NCBI GenBank assembly: GCA_950097015.1
Contig: CATNEN010000029.1
Span: 2,976,001-3,040,000 of the forward strand
DNA from: Macrostomum hystrix
Lineage: Eukaryota; Animalia; Platyhelminthes
Direction of reading: 5' to 3'
DNA length: 64,000 bases
Of the stretch, positions 1 to 12,882 are shown in pieces (position 1 is the first letter of the stretch; each line of letters starts with the position of its first letter). The notes below the pieces were generated by a model, which did no database searches, was not told the origin of the DNA, and saw only the letters and a program-made list of their open reading frames with translations. A program made the translations under genes and the position numbers.

Positions 1-110
1 CAAGCCTTCTCTCCGCGGCTGCGCCCCAAATGAATGTGGCCTCGACGCAGAATCGAGCTCAGGGACCTTGGTGCGAGAGGCAAACGCGTTAACCGCTCTG
101 CCACCGAACC
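1..110 (-). mobile_element. tRNA-derived SINE 5' fragment (family A)
   Basis: The reverse complement reads GGTGGCAGAGCGGTTAA (A-box-like) ... GAGCTCGATTC (B-box-like) followed by GGCGCAGCCGCGGAGAGAAGG. The same motifs recur at ~43395-43497 (-), ~51930-52000 (+) and ~13840-13872 (-). Confidence 0.65.
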
Positions 111-121
111 TCCCTACTCAC

Positions 122-1318
122 TCAGGTAGTCAGCTGATAAATCTGTGGCGACAACCGGCTCACAGAAGTAGATAAACGGCCGGTAACACTTGAGGAGTTG
201 GTCGGACTGACCGCTGCAGTGGATCGCATCATCGGCTTGCACTGCGGCCCTTCTAGTCGACTTTTTTCGACGTTTTCGGCGCCCAACGAGATCGCCGCAG
301 CCACCGACGCTGCTGTGGACGCCTTTGGCAAGACGAATAGCCGGACCGTCTGGGACGAAGCCGGGCGATACAGCCAGATCCCAGTCGATGATGGGACCGC
401 CGGCTGGCATTTGCAACACCTGTTCAATTAAGAAGAGACAGAAATCAGAACTAGCCAAGAGGGCCATTTGCACAGCCGCAGCTATTGCATCGAAAGGCTG
501 CGTACAGACAATTTAGTCCTACTGTTTTGAATGACATTTGGGGGGTTTCAAATTCCCGCATTTTTTCTTTTTTTCCTATCTCACAAAATTTTCAACCAAT
601 CGCTGTAGAAATAGCGAACGGCAGTCTACTGCTAACGGCAGCTCACCAGTTGACAGGCCAGCGGCGAATGCGGCTCAGGATCCGGCGGAATCGGCCGCGG
701 CCTCGTCCACGGCACCTTCGCAATGCAGTCTGGGTCGATCTTGTCTTCATTATCTGCTATGACAACCACCGAGCTGTGACACGGCTGGCACCGGTGCCTC
801 ACCCGGAAGACAGACGAGCAGCTGTTGCTGTTATTGTCATGGTAACGTTGATGCAGCCGTCTCGAGCGCACAATTGTAATTGTTGCTTCAATCGCGGAGC
901 GCATTGGTGGCAGTGGCTCCAGCGGCGTCATCGTCCAGGCGACGGGAGGCAGGCGACAAATCGAAAGACGAACAGAACGACAGGGGACCGATGTCGACGA
1001 CCTTGACGAGGCAGGCGTCGTCGATCTTAACGACAAGAGGCGGTCTCGGCACAATATCCGTCGCATTGCGAAGATCTGCATATGATAGCGTCTCTGTCGT
1101 TTCGCGCGAAAATTGCCAACGCCAAGGAGGTCACCGCGGCGCAGCTGGAGGAGCGGCCGACGTCGCCGACGCCATCGTCGCCAACGATTCTGCAGCCGCT
1201 GGATCGTGAGCTGCGAGCGTAGGCAACTCAATTGCAGACCGAATCGTGTGGCAGTCATGTCGCCACTGTGGCCCCAGCGGTAGCGGAACAGCGAGGTGGG
1301 TTTTCTAATGAATGCCAC
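122..1318 (-). pseudogene. Probable paralogue of the 2161-3129 membrane protein; frame-disrupted or incompletely resolved; continues off the left edge of the window
   Basis: GC-rich coding-like DNA. An upstream exon ends at 647 (CTG|gtgagc). The next exon, ~419-122, has acceptor aattgaacag and donor gtgagt, and encodes ...IHCSGQSDQLLKCYRPFIYFCEPVV, similar to VHCQATAGVGDGLCVPKRLACCSPVV in the neighbouring gene. Natural-looking peptide switches frames within 650-1260. Confidence 0.4.
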
Positions 1319-1660
1319 ATGCCAAGTCCAGCGTTGAGAATTTAACTAGACTTGCACAAACTCGTCATTATCAACTGAGATTTTCTGTTATCTATCTAAC
1401 TATTCGATTGGATTGATTTTATGTTTCTCCCGTCAGACTTTAGCCATAGACATAGGGTGTCGTTTTTGGGGTCTATTTTAATTCTTAGGTCAACGCGAAC
1501 ACTCCATGGCCTACTGACACAGCAATGAAATTAAATTGACTATTTATGTATCAACATAACATTTATCTTGATCTTTATTCATTTTGCTACAGCTTTACAA
1601 CCCTGGGTCGAGTGATTTTTTAGGTAAAAATGCTCCATTAGAATTAGAGGTAACAGCTTC

Positions 1661-1945
1661 AGGGATAGTGGATACAAATTCATGGATCGTGGATACAGAT
1701 TCAGGGATAGGGATACAGATTCAGGGATAGTGGATACAGATTCATGGATAGTGTGCACAGATTCATGGATAGTGTGCACAGATTCATGGAAGTGTGCACA
1801 GATTCATGGATAGTGTGCACAGATTCATGGATAGTGTGCACAGATTCATGGAAGTGTGCACAGATTCATGGATAGTGTGCACAGATTCATGGATAGTGTG
1901 CACAGATTCATGGATAGTGTGCACAGATTCATGGATAGTGGACAT
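1661..1945. repeat. 21-bp minisatellite (ATTCATGGATAGTGTGCACAG)
   Basis: About 13 tandem copies, read directly. Confidence 0.9.
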
Positions 1946-2160
1946 AGAAGGATAGTAGGCACAGCATTAGAGGGTGATCAACGTGTAAAAAATGTAATAA
2001 AATTTAATTAGCTTCTTTAATGACAGTGCACATAAAGAAAGTGTCACCATAAACTGAAGAATTGAAGTTTCGTAGCAAAAACAACTAATTTAAAGTTCGA
2101 GTTCATATTACAGGGCATATTACAGGGCATATTACAGGGCATATCGAGGCAGTTTCTAAC

Positions 2161-3129
2161 TCAGTTAAGCTTCTCTCCCCTGGCAACGGCCACAATAGGG
2201 CGCACAATGAGGTAGGCAAGAATGACAGCCAGAATGGCGGTGCCGGCAATCACCAAGAACAAATAGAAGCCGATGTCGTGATTGTAGAAGGCGCAGTCCA
2301 GCACCGACGTCTTGAACAAAGCCCGGTTGGGGCACTCCAGGTAGTTGACCACGGGGCTGCAGCAGGCCAGCCGTTTCGGCACGCAGAGCCCATCGCCGAC
2401 ACCCGCAGTCGCCTGGCAGTGCACGAAGCTGCCAGAATTTGGCACTCCCGAGCAGTTAAAGAACGGCGCCACGCTGAAGGCAAGCCGAATTGGCGGCGGC
2501 GGCGACTTCCCGTCGGCGCTCTCGTCGGCGACTGTCGAGCCGGGCTGACGAGCGAGCCGCCAGCCAATCTGCACCACCAGCCCCGTCGACGGCGCCGCTG
2601 AAGACGACGTGCCGTTGACATCGGAGGCGCTGGATGACGGCAGCTCCTCGAACAGCCAGACTCCGTCGGCGGCCTCAGGGGCCAGACAGCCGCGTCGTTG
2701 GCGCAACGGCGGCACCTCCTGGGAGGTCTTGCCGGACGCCGACGCTGACCGGATACTGAACGCCGTCTCCAGGCAGAGGCCGCGCTTTCGACGCAGCTCG
2801 TCTAGGCGATGCGTCGACGGTCGGAACAGGCGAATCGCCAGGTACCGCAGGCGTCCGTACAGCCCGACGATGGCAGGCGCCGGCACCAGGATAGACAGGT
2901 TGCAGGCGGCTGACGGCAACCAGTCGTCGAAGGTGACCATCGGCCGGGCCACCGTGAACACGATGCTCCGACGACCGTCGCACACGTCAGCAGCCTTCAA
3001 TTCGAGGGCGCCGGCGCCGATGGCGCAGCCGCTGGTGTGACCCCGAGCTGCGGCCGCGACTAGCAGGTGTGCGGCTGCGGCAAGCAGCAGCAGCAGCGGC
3101 GGCAGCGGTGGCGGCGGCTGACAACTCAT
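2161..3129 (-). CDS. Single-exon type I membrane protein (322 aa): signal peptide, CUB-like Cys-containing ectodomain, degenerate LDLa-like Cys module, C-terminal TM helix
   Basis: Hydrophobic N-terminus LLLLLAAAAHLLVAAAA, Cys module HCQ...LCVPKRLACC...C, TM segment IGFYLFLVIAGTAILAVILAYLIV and a short tail. Domain names are inferred from the Cys pattern only. Confidence 0.75.
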   Translation of the reverse strand: MSCQPPPPLPPLLLLLAAAAHLLVAAAARGHTSGCAIGAGALELKAADVCDGRRSIVFTVARPMVTFDDWLPSAACNLSILVPAPAIVGLYGRLRYLAIRLFRPSTHRLDELRRKRGLCLETAFSIRSASASGKTSQEVPPLRQRRGCLAPEAADGVWLFEELPSSSASDVNGTSSSAAPSTGLVVQIGWRLARQPGSTVADESADGKSPPPPIRLAFSVAPFFNCSGVPNSGSFVHCQATAGVGDGLCVPKRLACCSPVVNYLECPNRALFKTSVLDCAFYNHDIGFYLFLVIAGTAILAVILAYLIVRPIVAVARGEKLN

Positions 3130-3593
3130 CGCAAAGAATCCAAACTAAGATTCAAAAGATTCCGCTGGCAAACTTTTATTCATGCATGAAGTTAGAAATA
3201 TTTAGTATTTATACTGGAATGCTTTTTGAAATCTATAACGTGCATACAAATAGCCAACAGGATACACCCAAAACACCCGCACAATAGCTGCTGCGCGCAA
3301 TATTCACTACCAGAGGGTCAGATCTACTCCAGTCTGAGCAGCACACACAGAAGGCCAGCTGAATCCACACCAAACTGGCCCAGTCTGACAGTCTTGCGCT
3401 TATCAGGACTATGCATGGCTATGAGTTTAATGGAACTTTTTAGACATATGTTCGGAAAGCTGGCTGAAAGTTAATTCAGTACAGTTCCGCATTTATAGTA
3501 ACTATGAATCTACATGTAGATATTGTGTATTGTACAGTCACAATGCATTGTTTGTAGGCTGTAAATCAATAGTACCCACACGAATTAACTGTT

Positions 3594-4937
3594 GTGCCAC
3601 AAGTGTACACACAAACTGACGGTTTAGACACAAGTGTACACACAAACTGACGGTTTAGACACAAGTGTACACACAAACTGACGGTTTAGACACAAGTGTA
3701 CACACAAACTGACGGTTTAGAGACAAGTGTACACACAAACTGACGGTTTAGACACAAGTGTACACACAAACTGACGGTTGTGCCACAAGTGTACACACAA
3801 ACTGACGGTTTAGAGACAAGTGTACACACAAACTGACGGTTTAGACACAAGTGTACACACAAGCTGACGGTTTAGAGACAAGTGTACACACAAACTGACG
3901 GTTTAGACACAAGTGTACACACAAACTGACGGTTTAGACACAAGTGAACACACAAACTGACGGTTTAGACACAAGTGTACACACAAACTGACGGTTTAGA
4001 GACAAGTGTACGCACAAACTGACGGTTTAGAAACAAGTGTACACACAAACTGACGGTTTAGAGACAAGTGTACACACAAACTGACGGTTTAGACACAAGT
4101 GTACACACAAACTGACGGTTTTGACACAAGTGTACACACAAACTGACGGTTTAGAGACAAGTGTACACACAAACTGACGGTTTAGACACAAGTGTACACA
4201 CAAACTGACGGTTTAGACACAAGTGAACACACAAACTGACGGTTTAGACACAAGTGAACACACAAACTGACGGTTTTGACACAAGTGTACACACAAACTG
4301 ACGGTTTAGAGACAAGTGTACGCACAAACTGACGGTTTAGAAACAAGTGTACACACAAACTGACGGTTTAGAGACAAGTGTACACACAAACTGACGGTTT
4401 TGACACAAGTGTACACACAAACTGACGGTTTAGACACAAGTGTACACACAAACTGACGGTTTAGAGACAAGTGTACACACAAACTGACGGTTTAGACACA
4501 AGTGTACACACAAACTGACGGTTTAGACACAAGTGTACACACAAACTGACGGTTTAGACACAAGTGTACACACAAACTGACGGTTTAGACACAAGTGTAC
4601 ACACAAACTGACGGTTTAGACACAAGTGTACACACAAACTGACGGTTTAGAGACAAGTGTACGCACAAACTGACGGTTTAGAAACAAGTGTACACACAAA
4701 CTGACGGTTTAGAGACAAGTGTACACACAAACTGACGGTTTAGAGACAAGTGTACACACAAACTGACGGTTTAGACACAAGTGTACACACAAACTGACGG
4801 TTTAGACACAAGTGTACACACAAACTGACGGTTTAGACACAAGTGTACACACAAACTGACGGTTTAGAGACAAGTGTACACACAAACTGACGGTTTAGAC
4901 ACAAGTGTACACACAAACTGACGGTTTAGACACAAGT
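3594..4937. repeat. 31-bp minisatellite (ACACAAGTGTACACACAAACTGACGGTTTAG)
   Basis: About 43 near-identical copies. Confidence 0.95.
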
Positions 4938-5439
4938 TATTATCTAACGATCTTATCAATGACCAACTCGAGGATGCAGAAAGCTGTTCCTTTGGATTTC
5001 AGTGGAATCGCATTGTTTGATGAACTTGAAGCACATAAATAAGCTATGGTTATCTTTTAACATAAAGGCAAAAATATGCAAACAAAGGTATCATAGAAAC
5101 GATAGCTTCAACCAGCTAGACAATCTGCTGATACACAAATTCATTCGTTAATTTGTTAGGTTCCTTTCTTCAAATAAGCTAACCAAAAAGAGCATAAGCG
5201 TACTGTAGGAACCGCATTAGAGATGCAGGCCAATGGCACAGATAATTAGAACTATAAAACTAGTTAAAACCGGCAAATGTATTCATACTGGTGAAGCATT
5301 TCAATAAACAACAGGCAATCGCATTTAAGTCAGTGGTTCATCGAAAAATGCCAGCACATAGGAATAAAAATAGATTAAAAGAAGAATATATTAACAGAGC
5401 CTAGACAGAGAGAGAAAGAGAGATTAAGAATAGGTGGGG

Positions 5440-6350
5440 ATTAGATTGAGAGATGGATAGAACAGGTGGGGGATAGATTGAGAGATAGATAGAACAGGTG
5501 GGGGATAGATTGAGAGATAGATAGAACAGGTGGGGATAGATTGAGAGATGGATAGAACAGGTAGGGATAGATTGAGAGATGGATAGAACAGGTGGGGGAT
5601 AGATTGAGAGATAGATAGAACAGGTGGGGGATAGATTGAGAGATGGATAGAACATGGAGGGGATAGATTGAAAGGTGGATAGAACAGGTGTAGATATACT
5701 GAGACGCGGACAGAACAGGTGGGGATAGACTGAGAGATGGATAGAACAGGTGGGGATAGATTGAGAGATGGATAAAACAGGTGGGGATAGATTAAGAGAT
5801 GGATAAAACAGGTGGGGATAGATTGAGAGATGGATAAAACAGGTGGGGATAGATTAAGAGATGGATAAAACAGGAGGGGATAGATTGAGAGATAAATAGA
5901 ACATGGAGGGGATAGATTGAGAGATAGATAGAACAGGTGGGGATAGATTGAGAGATGGATAGAACAGGTGGGGATAGATTGAGAGATGGATAGAACATGG
6001 AGGGGATAGATTGAGAGATGGATAGAACAGGTAGGGGATAGATTGAGAGATAAATAGAACATGGAGGGGATAGATTGAGAGATAGATAGAACAGGTGGGG
6101 ATAGATTGAGAGATGGATAGAACAGGTGGGGATAGATTGAGAGATGGATAAAACAGGTGGGGATAGATTGAAAGGTGGATAGAACAGGTGTAGATATACT
6201 GAGACGCGGACAGAACAGGTGGGGATACACTGAGAGGCGGACAGAACAGGTGGGGATAGACTGAGAGGCGGACAGAAGAGGTGGGGATAGACTGAGAGGC
6301 GGACAGAACAGGTGGGGATAGACTGAGAGGCGGACAGAACAGGTAGGGCA
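5440..6350. repeat. ~31-bp purine-rich minisatellite (GATAGATTGAGAGATGGATAGAACAGGTGGG)
   Basis: About 29 copies with variants. Confidence 0.9.
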
Positions 6351-6474
6351 GAATATAATTGAAAGCAAGTCAGACAATGCAATTAGATCGGAAACCAAGG
6401 AATATTTGAGCAAGCCTTTAGAAGGGCTTAGACAAAGATTAGATTGAAGAGCTGCCAGCTCAGCCGAGAATCTG

Positions 6475-6810
6475 TCAAGAGAACAAACCAGCCTTGAAGC
6501 CCTCCTCCAGGCCGCTGATCTCTGAGATCAGGTCAGAGATGGCGTGATTGAAAGCGTCCTGAGGCAGGTAGTCTGGAACCGTCTGCACCCGGATGATCAC
6601 CCGGAACTCCATGGGGTGGGGCATCTTGTAGCCGGCGAATAGAACACCGGGATCTTTCAGCAGCTGGGTGGTGAGCAGGTTGCCTAGAGTGTGGTCCTCC
6701 TTGTTGATGATGAATAAGGCGGCGTTTGGCACCTTGGTGTCCCGCTGCATCACTACCTTCTTCTGGCCCTCTTCTAGAAGAAACGACTCCCAAGGCTGAG
6801 GCGCGTTCAT
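6475..6810 (-). CDS. RPB11: RNA polymerase II subunit RPB11 (POLR2J)
   Basis: MNAP..ESFLL..G.KK...[23 protein letters not shown]...[17 protein letters not shown] is the RPB11 signature. 111 aa, single coding exon. A TTTCAG acceptor lies 11 nt upstream of the ATG. Confidence 0.95.
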   Translation of the reverse strand: MNAPQPWESFLLEEGQKKVVMQRDTKVPNAALFIINKEDHTLGNLLTTQLLKDPGVLFAGYKMPHPMEFRVIIRVQTVPDYLPQDAFNHAISDLISEISGLEEGFKAGLFS

Positions 6811-6855
6811 GACTACTGCTGCTGAAAGACCAAAGCACTCGGCATGAGGATCTTG

Positions 6856-8245
6856 GAGATTGGATGGGAATCTGGGAGGGATGGGTTGGGAATCTGGGAG
6901 GGATCAAATGGGAATCTGGGAGGGATCAGATGGGAATCTGGGAGGGATCAGATGGGAATCTGGGAGGGATCAGATGGGAATCTGGGAGGGATCAGATGGG
7001 AATCTGGGGGGGATCAAATGGGAATCTGGAAGAGATTGGATGGGAATCTGGGAGGGTTGGGTTGGGAATCTGGGAGGGATCAGATGGGAATCTGGGAGGG
7101 ATCAGATGGGTATCTGGGAGGGATCAGATGGGAATCTAGGAGGGATCAGATGGGAATCTGGGAGGGATCAAATGGGAAACTGGGAGGGATCAGATGGGAA
7201 TCTGGGAGGGATCAGTTGGGAATCTGTGAGGGATCAAATGGGAAACTGGGAGTAATCAAATGGGAATCTGGGAGGGATCAGATGGGAATCTGGGAGGGAT
7301 CAAATGGGAATCTGGGAGAGATTGGATGGGAATCTGGGAGGGATGGGTTGGGAATCTGGGAGGGATTAAATGGGAATCTGGGAGAGATCAAATGGGAATC
7401 TGGGAGAGATCAGATGGGAATCTGGGAGGCATCAGATGGGAATCTGGGAGAGATCAAATGGGAATCTGGGAGGGATCAAATGGGAAACTGGGAGGGATCA
7501 AATGGGAATCTGGGAGAGATCAAATGGGAAACTGAGAGGGATCAAATGGGAAACTGGGAGTAATCAAATGGGAATCTTGGAGGGATCAAATGGGAATCTG
7601 GGAGGGATCAGATGGGAATCTGGGAGAGATCAGATGGGAATCTGGGAGGGATCAAATGGGAAACTGGGAGGGATCAAATGGGAAACTGGGAGTAATCAAA
7701 TGGGAATCTGTGAGGGATCAAATGGGAAACTGGGAGTAATCAAATGGGAATCTGGGATGGATCAGATGGGAATCTGGGATGGATCAGATGGGAAACTGGG
7801 ATGGATCAGATGGGAATCTGGGATGGATCAAATGGGAAACTGGGAGAGATCAGATGGAAATCTGGGAGGGATCAAATGGGAATCTGGGAGGGATCAAATT
7901 GGAATCTGGGAGGGATAAAATGGGAATCTGGGAGGGATAAAATGGGAATCTGGAAGGGATCAGATGGGAATCTGGGAGGGATTAAATGGGAATCTGGGAG
8001 AGATCAGATGGAAATCTGGGAGGGATCAAATGGGAATCTGGGAGGGATCAAATGGGAATCTGGGAGGGATCAAATGGGAATCTGGGAGAGATCAGATGGG
8101 AATCTGGGAGGGATTAAATGGGAATCTGGGAGAGATCAAATGGGAATCTGGGAGAGATCAGATGGGAATCTGGGAGGGATTAAATTGGAATCTGGGAGGG
8201 ATAAAATGGGAATCTTGGAGGGATCAGATGGGAATCTGGTGGGAA
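6856..8245. repeat. 22-bp minisatellite (GGGAATCTGGGAGGGATCAGAT)
   Basis: About 63 copies, starting ~45 bp upstream of the RPB11 ATG. Confidence 0.95.
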
Positions 8246-9298
8246 TCTTTAAGCCGAACCATATTTAAATAACAGTTTGAATTTCTAACAGACTCTCTCC
8301 TAGTCTAACGTTCTAATTCGATTGTTAAAATCGAATTTTAACAAGCCGTTACTTTCGTCCTATATCTTTATAAAGATAAAAATGCCGAAAAAATAAGACT
8401 AAGAGGAATGGATTGAGTCCTTTCTGTTGAATAGCAGACTACTGGTAGTTTATTAAATGAAAAAAAATAATTTTAACAGTTTAATTAATTCGATAAACGC
8501 TATCAAATCTTACTGTAGCCTTGGTTATGGTTTGAAAATGGTGACAAATAATATGTTAACAAAAACCGTTTCGAAAAAGGACATTGATCGAGAGCACAAC
8601 AACAATGACATAGGTAAAAATACGTAAATTTTGTAAGGAAATCAAATTATGAAAATTAAAATAATTTCCTATAAAATTAAAATTGAAAAAATATTAATAT
8701 TTCTAAACCCTGGGGGAATATAAGATTTCTAAGAATATAATGCTCGGCAAAAACATCACAAAAGCCTGAGGGGAAATGTTAGTGTTAAATTAATCCTAAA
8801 TAAGCAACAACATATTAAAATACGTATTTGTAATATGTAACATATTCGTAATATGTATCAAAAGCTAATCAAAATTGACTAGATCAATCATAGACGAACA
8901 AATTATGGAAAATCCAAGCGGAAAACATTTATGAATTAATGCCATCGATTTTAAAAAGCTGATAATAGCTCTAAAATATGATTCTTCAGTAAGCCTGTGA
9001 GTTAAGAAAACAAAATAGGTCCAAAAGGAAAATAGTATAAACACAACGGCAAATCTCTTTGTGGACGATGCGAAATGAATATAAAACCAAATTTTTTTGA
9101 TTTGCATAAATGAAGTCGAAATAAGGAAAGAAAGAGATATTTTAGCTCAAATTTACCAGTAACGATATGGCCTTACTGTTGATTGCTATTCTTCTTAAAA
9201 CGAATTCTTTCTCGGTCGAGGTGGCCAAATTTATGCAATATAATTCGCAGGCTGAACAGATGAACCAAGACATCTGGGTCTGGTTAGGGTGAAAACGT

Positions 9299-12040
9299 GA
9301 GACAGGACAGAGATGAGACCAGATACACGAGACAGGGGAGAGATGAGACCAGATACACGAGACAGGGGAGAGATGAGACCAGATACACGAGACAGGGGAG
9401 AGATGAGACCAGATACACGAGACAGGGGAGAGATGAGACCAGATACACGAGACAGGGGAGAGATGAGACCAGATACACGAGACAGGGGAGAGATGAGACC
9501 AGATACACGAGACAGGGGAGAGATGAGACCAGATACACGAGACAGGGGAGAGATGAGACCAGATACACGAGACAGGGGAGAGATGAGACCAGATACACGA
9601 GACAGGGGAGAGATGAGACCAGATACACGAGACAGGGGAAAGATGAGACCAGATACACGAGACAGGGGAGAGATGAGACCAGATACACGAGACAGGGGAG
9701 AGATGAGACCAGATACACGAGACAGGGGAGAGATGAGACCAGATACACGAGACAGGGGAGAGATGAGACCAGATACACGAGACAGGGGAGAGATGAGACC
9801 AGATACACGAGACAGGGGAGAGATGAGACCAGATACACGAGACAGGGGAGAGATGAGACCAGATACACGAGACAGGGGAGAGATGAGACCAGATACACGA
9901 GACAGGGGAAAGATGAGACCAGATACACGAGACAGGGGAGAGATGAGACCAGATACACGAGACAGGGGAGAGATGAGACCAGATACACGAGACAGGGGAG
10001 AGATGAGACCAGATACACGAGACAGGGGAGAGATGAGACCAGATACACGAGACAGGGGAGAGATGAGACCAGATACACGAGACAGGGGAGAGATGAGACC
10101 AGATACACGAGACAGGGGAGAGATGAGACCAGATACACGAGACAGGGGAGAGATGAGACCAGATACATGAGACAGGACAGAGATGAGACCAGATACACGA
10201 GACAGGGGAGAGATGAGACCAGATACACGAGACAGGGGAGAGATGAGACCAGATACACGAGACAGGGGAGAGATGAGACCAGATACACGAGACAGGGGAA
10301 AGATGAGACCAGATACACGAGACAGGGGAGAGATGAGACCAGATACACGAGACAGGGGAGAGATGAGACCAGATACACGAGACAGGGGAGAGATGAGACC
10401 AGATACACGAGACAGGGGAGAGATGAGACCAGATACACGAGACAGGGGAAAGATGAGACCAGATACACGAGACAGGGGAGAGATGAGACCAGATACACGA
10501 GACAGGGGAGAGATGAGACCAGATACACGAGACAGGGGAGAGATGAGACCAGATACATGAGACAGGACAGAGATGAGACCAGATACACGAGACAGGGGAG
10601 AGATGAGACCAGATACACGAGACAGGGGAAAGATGAGACCAGATACACGAGACAGGGGAAAGATGAGACCAGATACACGAGACAGGGGAGAGATGAGACC
10701 AGATACATGAGACAGGACAGAGATGAGACCAGATACACGAGACAGGGGAGAGATGAGACCAGATACACGAGACAGGGGAGAGATGAGACCAGATACACGA
10801 GACAGGGGAGAGATGAGACCAGATACACGAGACAGGGGAGAGATGAGACCAGATACATGAGACAGGGGAGAGATGAGACCAGATACACGAGACAGGGGAG
10901 AGATGAGACCAGATACACGAGACAGGGGAGAGATGAGACCAGATACACGAGACAGGGGAAAGATGAGACCAGATACACGAGACAGGGGAGAGATGAGACC
11001 AGATACACGAGACAGGGGAGAGATGAGACCAGATACACGAGACAGGGGAGAGATGAGACCAGATACACGAGACAGGGGAGAGATGAGACCAGATACACGA
11101 GACAGGGGAGAGATGAGACCAGATACACGAGACAGGGGAGAGATGAGACCAGATACACGAGACAGGGGAGAGATGAGACCAGATACATGAGACAGGACAG
11201 AGATGAGACCAGATACACGAGACAGGGGAGAGATGAGACCAGATACACGAGACAGGGGAGAGATGAGACCAGATACACGAGACAGGGGAAAGATGAGACC
11301 AGATACACGAGACAGGGGAGAGATGAGACCAGATACACGAGACAGGGGAGAGATGAGACCAGATACACGAGACAGGGGAGAGATGAGACCAGATACACGA
11401 GACAGGGGAGAGATGAGACCAGATACACGAGACAGGGGAGAGATGAGACCAGATACACGAGACAGGGGAGAGATGAGACCAGATACACGAGACAGGGGAG
11501 AGATGAGACCAGATACACGAGACAGGGGAGAGATGAGACCAGATACACGAGACAGGGGAGAGATGAGACCAGATACACGAGACAGGGGAAAGATGAGACC
11601 AGATACACGAGACAGGGGAGAGATGAGACCAGATACATGAGACAGGACAGAGATGAGACCAGATACACGAGACAGGGGAAAGATGAGACCAGATACACGA
11701 GACAGGGGAGAGATGAGACCAGATACACGAGACAGGGGAGAGATGAGACCAGATACACGAGACAGGGGAGAGATGAGACCAGATACATGAGACAGGACAG
11801 AGATGAGACCAGATACACGAGACAGGGGAAAGATGAGACCAGATACGTGAGACAGAGGAGAGTTGAGACAATGAGAGATGAGACAGGAGAGAGATGAGAC
11901 AGGAGAGAGATGAGACAGGAGAGAGATGAGACAGGAGAGAGATAAGACAGGGGAGAGATGAGACAGGGGAGAGATGAGAAGGAGGAGAGATGAGACAAAG
12001 AGAGATTAGAAAGGGGAGAGATGAGACAGGGGACAGATGA
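9299..12040. repeat. 30-bp minisatellite (GAGACAGGGGAGAGATGAGACCAGATACAC) with a degenerate 15-bp tail
   Basis: About 85 highly homogeneous copies to ~11850, then GAGACAGGAGAGAT-type 15-mers. Confidence 0.97.
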
Positions 12041-12235
12041 AATATTACATGGCAGAGTTAGTTTCTGAATCGCCTAGAGTCCCAGATTTAGGGAGCTCTC
12101 CCAGTGGTTCAATGCATCTAATTTTAACATGAATTTTAATTAGATTCAAGTTGTTAATCGATTTTTCGCCAATTTTAGTCGCAACGAATACAATAAATTG
12201 TGCTTTAGCTGAACATCTTGAATACTGTTTAGTGC

Positions 12236-12820
12236 TTACTTACTTACTTTGCAGGGGGGCCTGGGGCACTTGACGCACAAACACAGGAACGGCATGCCCC
12301 CAGGCCGGCGAACTAGGCGAAAGCCGCCCATCGCGCCGCCTCCCCTGAGCAGGCACCTCACACACACAGCAGCAAGCCAAGCGGGGAAGGGGGCGGCAGC
12401 CGGAGTGCCTCTCACCCCAGGCCCGCACACGCACAGAGCAGACCAAGCCGGGGCGGAAGGCTGATAGAAATCAGTCCTCAGGGGGGGGGCGGGTGACGAG
12501 TGTACACTTTATCCAATCGCGCTGACGGAAATCCAGATGAGCGCGCGGCGGTGTACACCCGCCCCCCAGCCACCCCCCCGCAAGGTCTAACGCCCCAGCG
12601 CCAACGCACAAACTCAAACAACGCAGAACAGGCACACAGAAGGTAGGAGCGAAGCTATTTTTCAAGCTTTGATTGCACGAAATAAGGTGCACCTCCGCCG
12701 GTCGCTACTGTCCAAACCCCCCCCAACAAGTACCGAAATTAATCGTGACCTGAAGGGTGAATCGAACTAGCGTCCTTTGGAGTGCGAGGCAGCGACGTTA
12801 GCCGCTGACCCCCCTCGCCC
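12236..12820 (-). mobile_element. Putative full-length SINE: tRNA-like head, structured body, (AAGT)n 3' tail
   Basis: The minus strand begins GGGTCAGCGGCTAACG...TAGTTCGATTC (A/B-box-like, related to family A) and ends CTGCAAAGTAAGTAAGTAAG. Short tandem 3' tails of this kind are typical of RTE-type LINE/SINE 3' ends. Confidence 0.55.
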
Positions 12821-12882
12821 CTTACTGTTTAGTGCACTGATTCATATGGGGCCAGGCTCTTCCTATCTGTCCACCAAGCGAA

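Noticed and set aside
2250-3287. Overlapping alternative ORFs on both strands
   Set aside because: Shadow frames of the GC-rich 2161-3129 CDS.
5401-8272. Repetitive ORFs flanking RPB11
   Set aside because: Translations of the 31-bp and 22-bp arrays.
9142-11998. 866-909-aa ORFs (RYTRQGRDET, WSHLSPVSCI, LVSSLPCLVY repeats)
   Set aside because: The 30-bp unit lacks stops in several frames on both strands, which is what an in-phase minisatellite produces. There is no unique coding flank.
12455-12570. Hammerhead or HDV-like ribozyme (CTGAGGA plus hairpin on the minus strand)
   Set aside because: The GAAA after stem II is missing, and no HDV P1.1/P2 pairing could be built. Kept only as an unclassified structure.
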